This document shows positions 63,627-64,000 of a stretch of 64,000 bases of DNA, one piece after another. Positions within the stretch are counted from its first letter, which is position 1, and each line of letters begins with the position of its first letter. The stretch comes from Eledone cirrhosa. Lineage: Eukaryota. The DNA lies in assembly GCA_964016885.1 (NCBI GenBank), contig OZ024742.1:174344001-174408000 (forward strand), given 5' to 3'. The position numbers and the translations under genes are program-made. Below the pieces are notes generated by a model. The model ran no database searches. It was given only the letters and a program-made list of their open reading frames with translations, and was not told the DNA's origin.

Positions 63627-64000
63627 ATACATGCGCAATATATAGTCAACCAATGCCAGAAGGGAGGAATGGTTGTTAGATGCTGATGTTGATGATGATG
63701 ATATATTATCATCACCATTTAATATCTGCTTTTCCAATCACCATTTAATATCAGTTTGACAATCCCTTTCCTCCTAATAGATGTTTATGCCAATTCTACT
63801 ATTAATACCATTCAACCATTCCTTTCAAAGGGTCAAGACCTCAGCTAATGTGTATTACTTTTCATCTTAACATCATATGAAAAAAACAATTTGATTCGTT
63901 AGTTCTTCAACTACTTCCAAATAAGAACATGATACTAACATACTACTAATTCTGAATAAAATTATTATTGAATAAAATTATTATTGCTTTTGAAAACAGC

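Overview
AT-rich, microsatellite-dense eukaryotic DNA. The SINE types and repeat landscape suggest a coleoid cephalopod (Octopus-like); this is an inference. No host protein-coding gene can be supported. The window is mostly retroelement-derived: (i) several decayed Penelope-like elements (PLEs; RT and GIY-YIG remnants); (ii) a ~10 kb head-to-tail cluster of one L1/Tx1-type LINE family, including one near full-length frameshifted copy, joined through (ATT)n tracts; (iii) about 20 tRNA-derived SINE copies; (iv) small REL-type LINE, mariner and other fragments. The most striking feature is a set of about ten fold-back (inverted-repeat) elements of 0.1 to 2.7 kb, mostly sitting in (TA)n tracts, most carrying a minimal type-I hammerhead ribozyme (HHR) near the outer end and an extra unpaired tail on one arm. 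About 17 complete or near-complete HHR motifs from several different sequence families can be read by eye, including U3:A8, U4C, U4A and A13C core variants and very long stem II insertions. All structures were derived by manual inspection; ribozyme activity is untested and boundaries are approximate.
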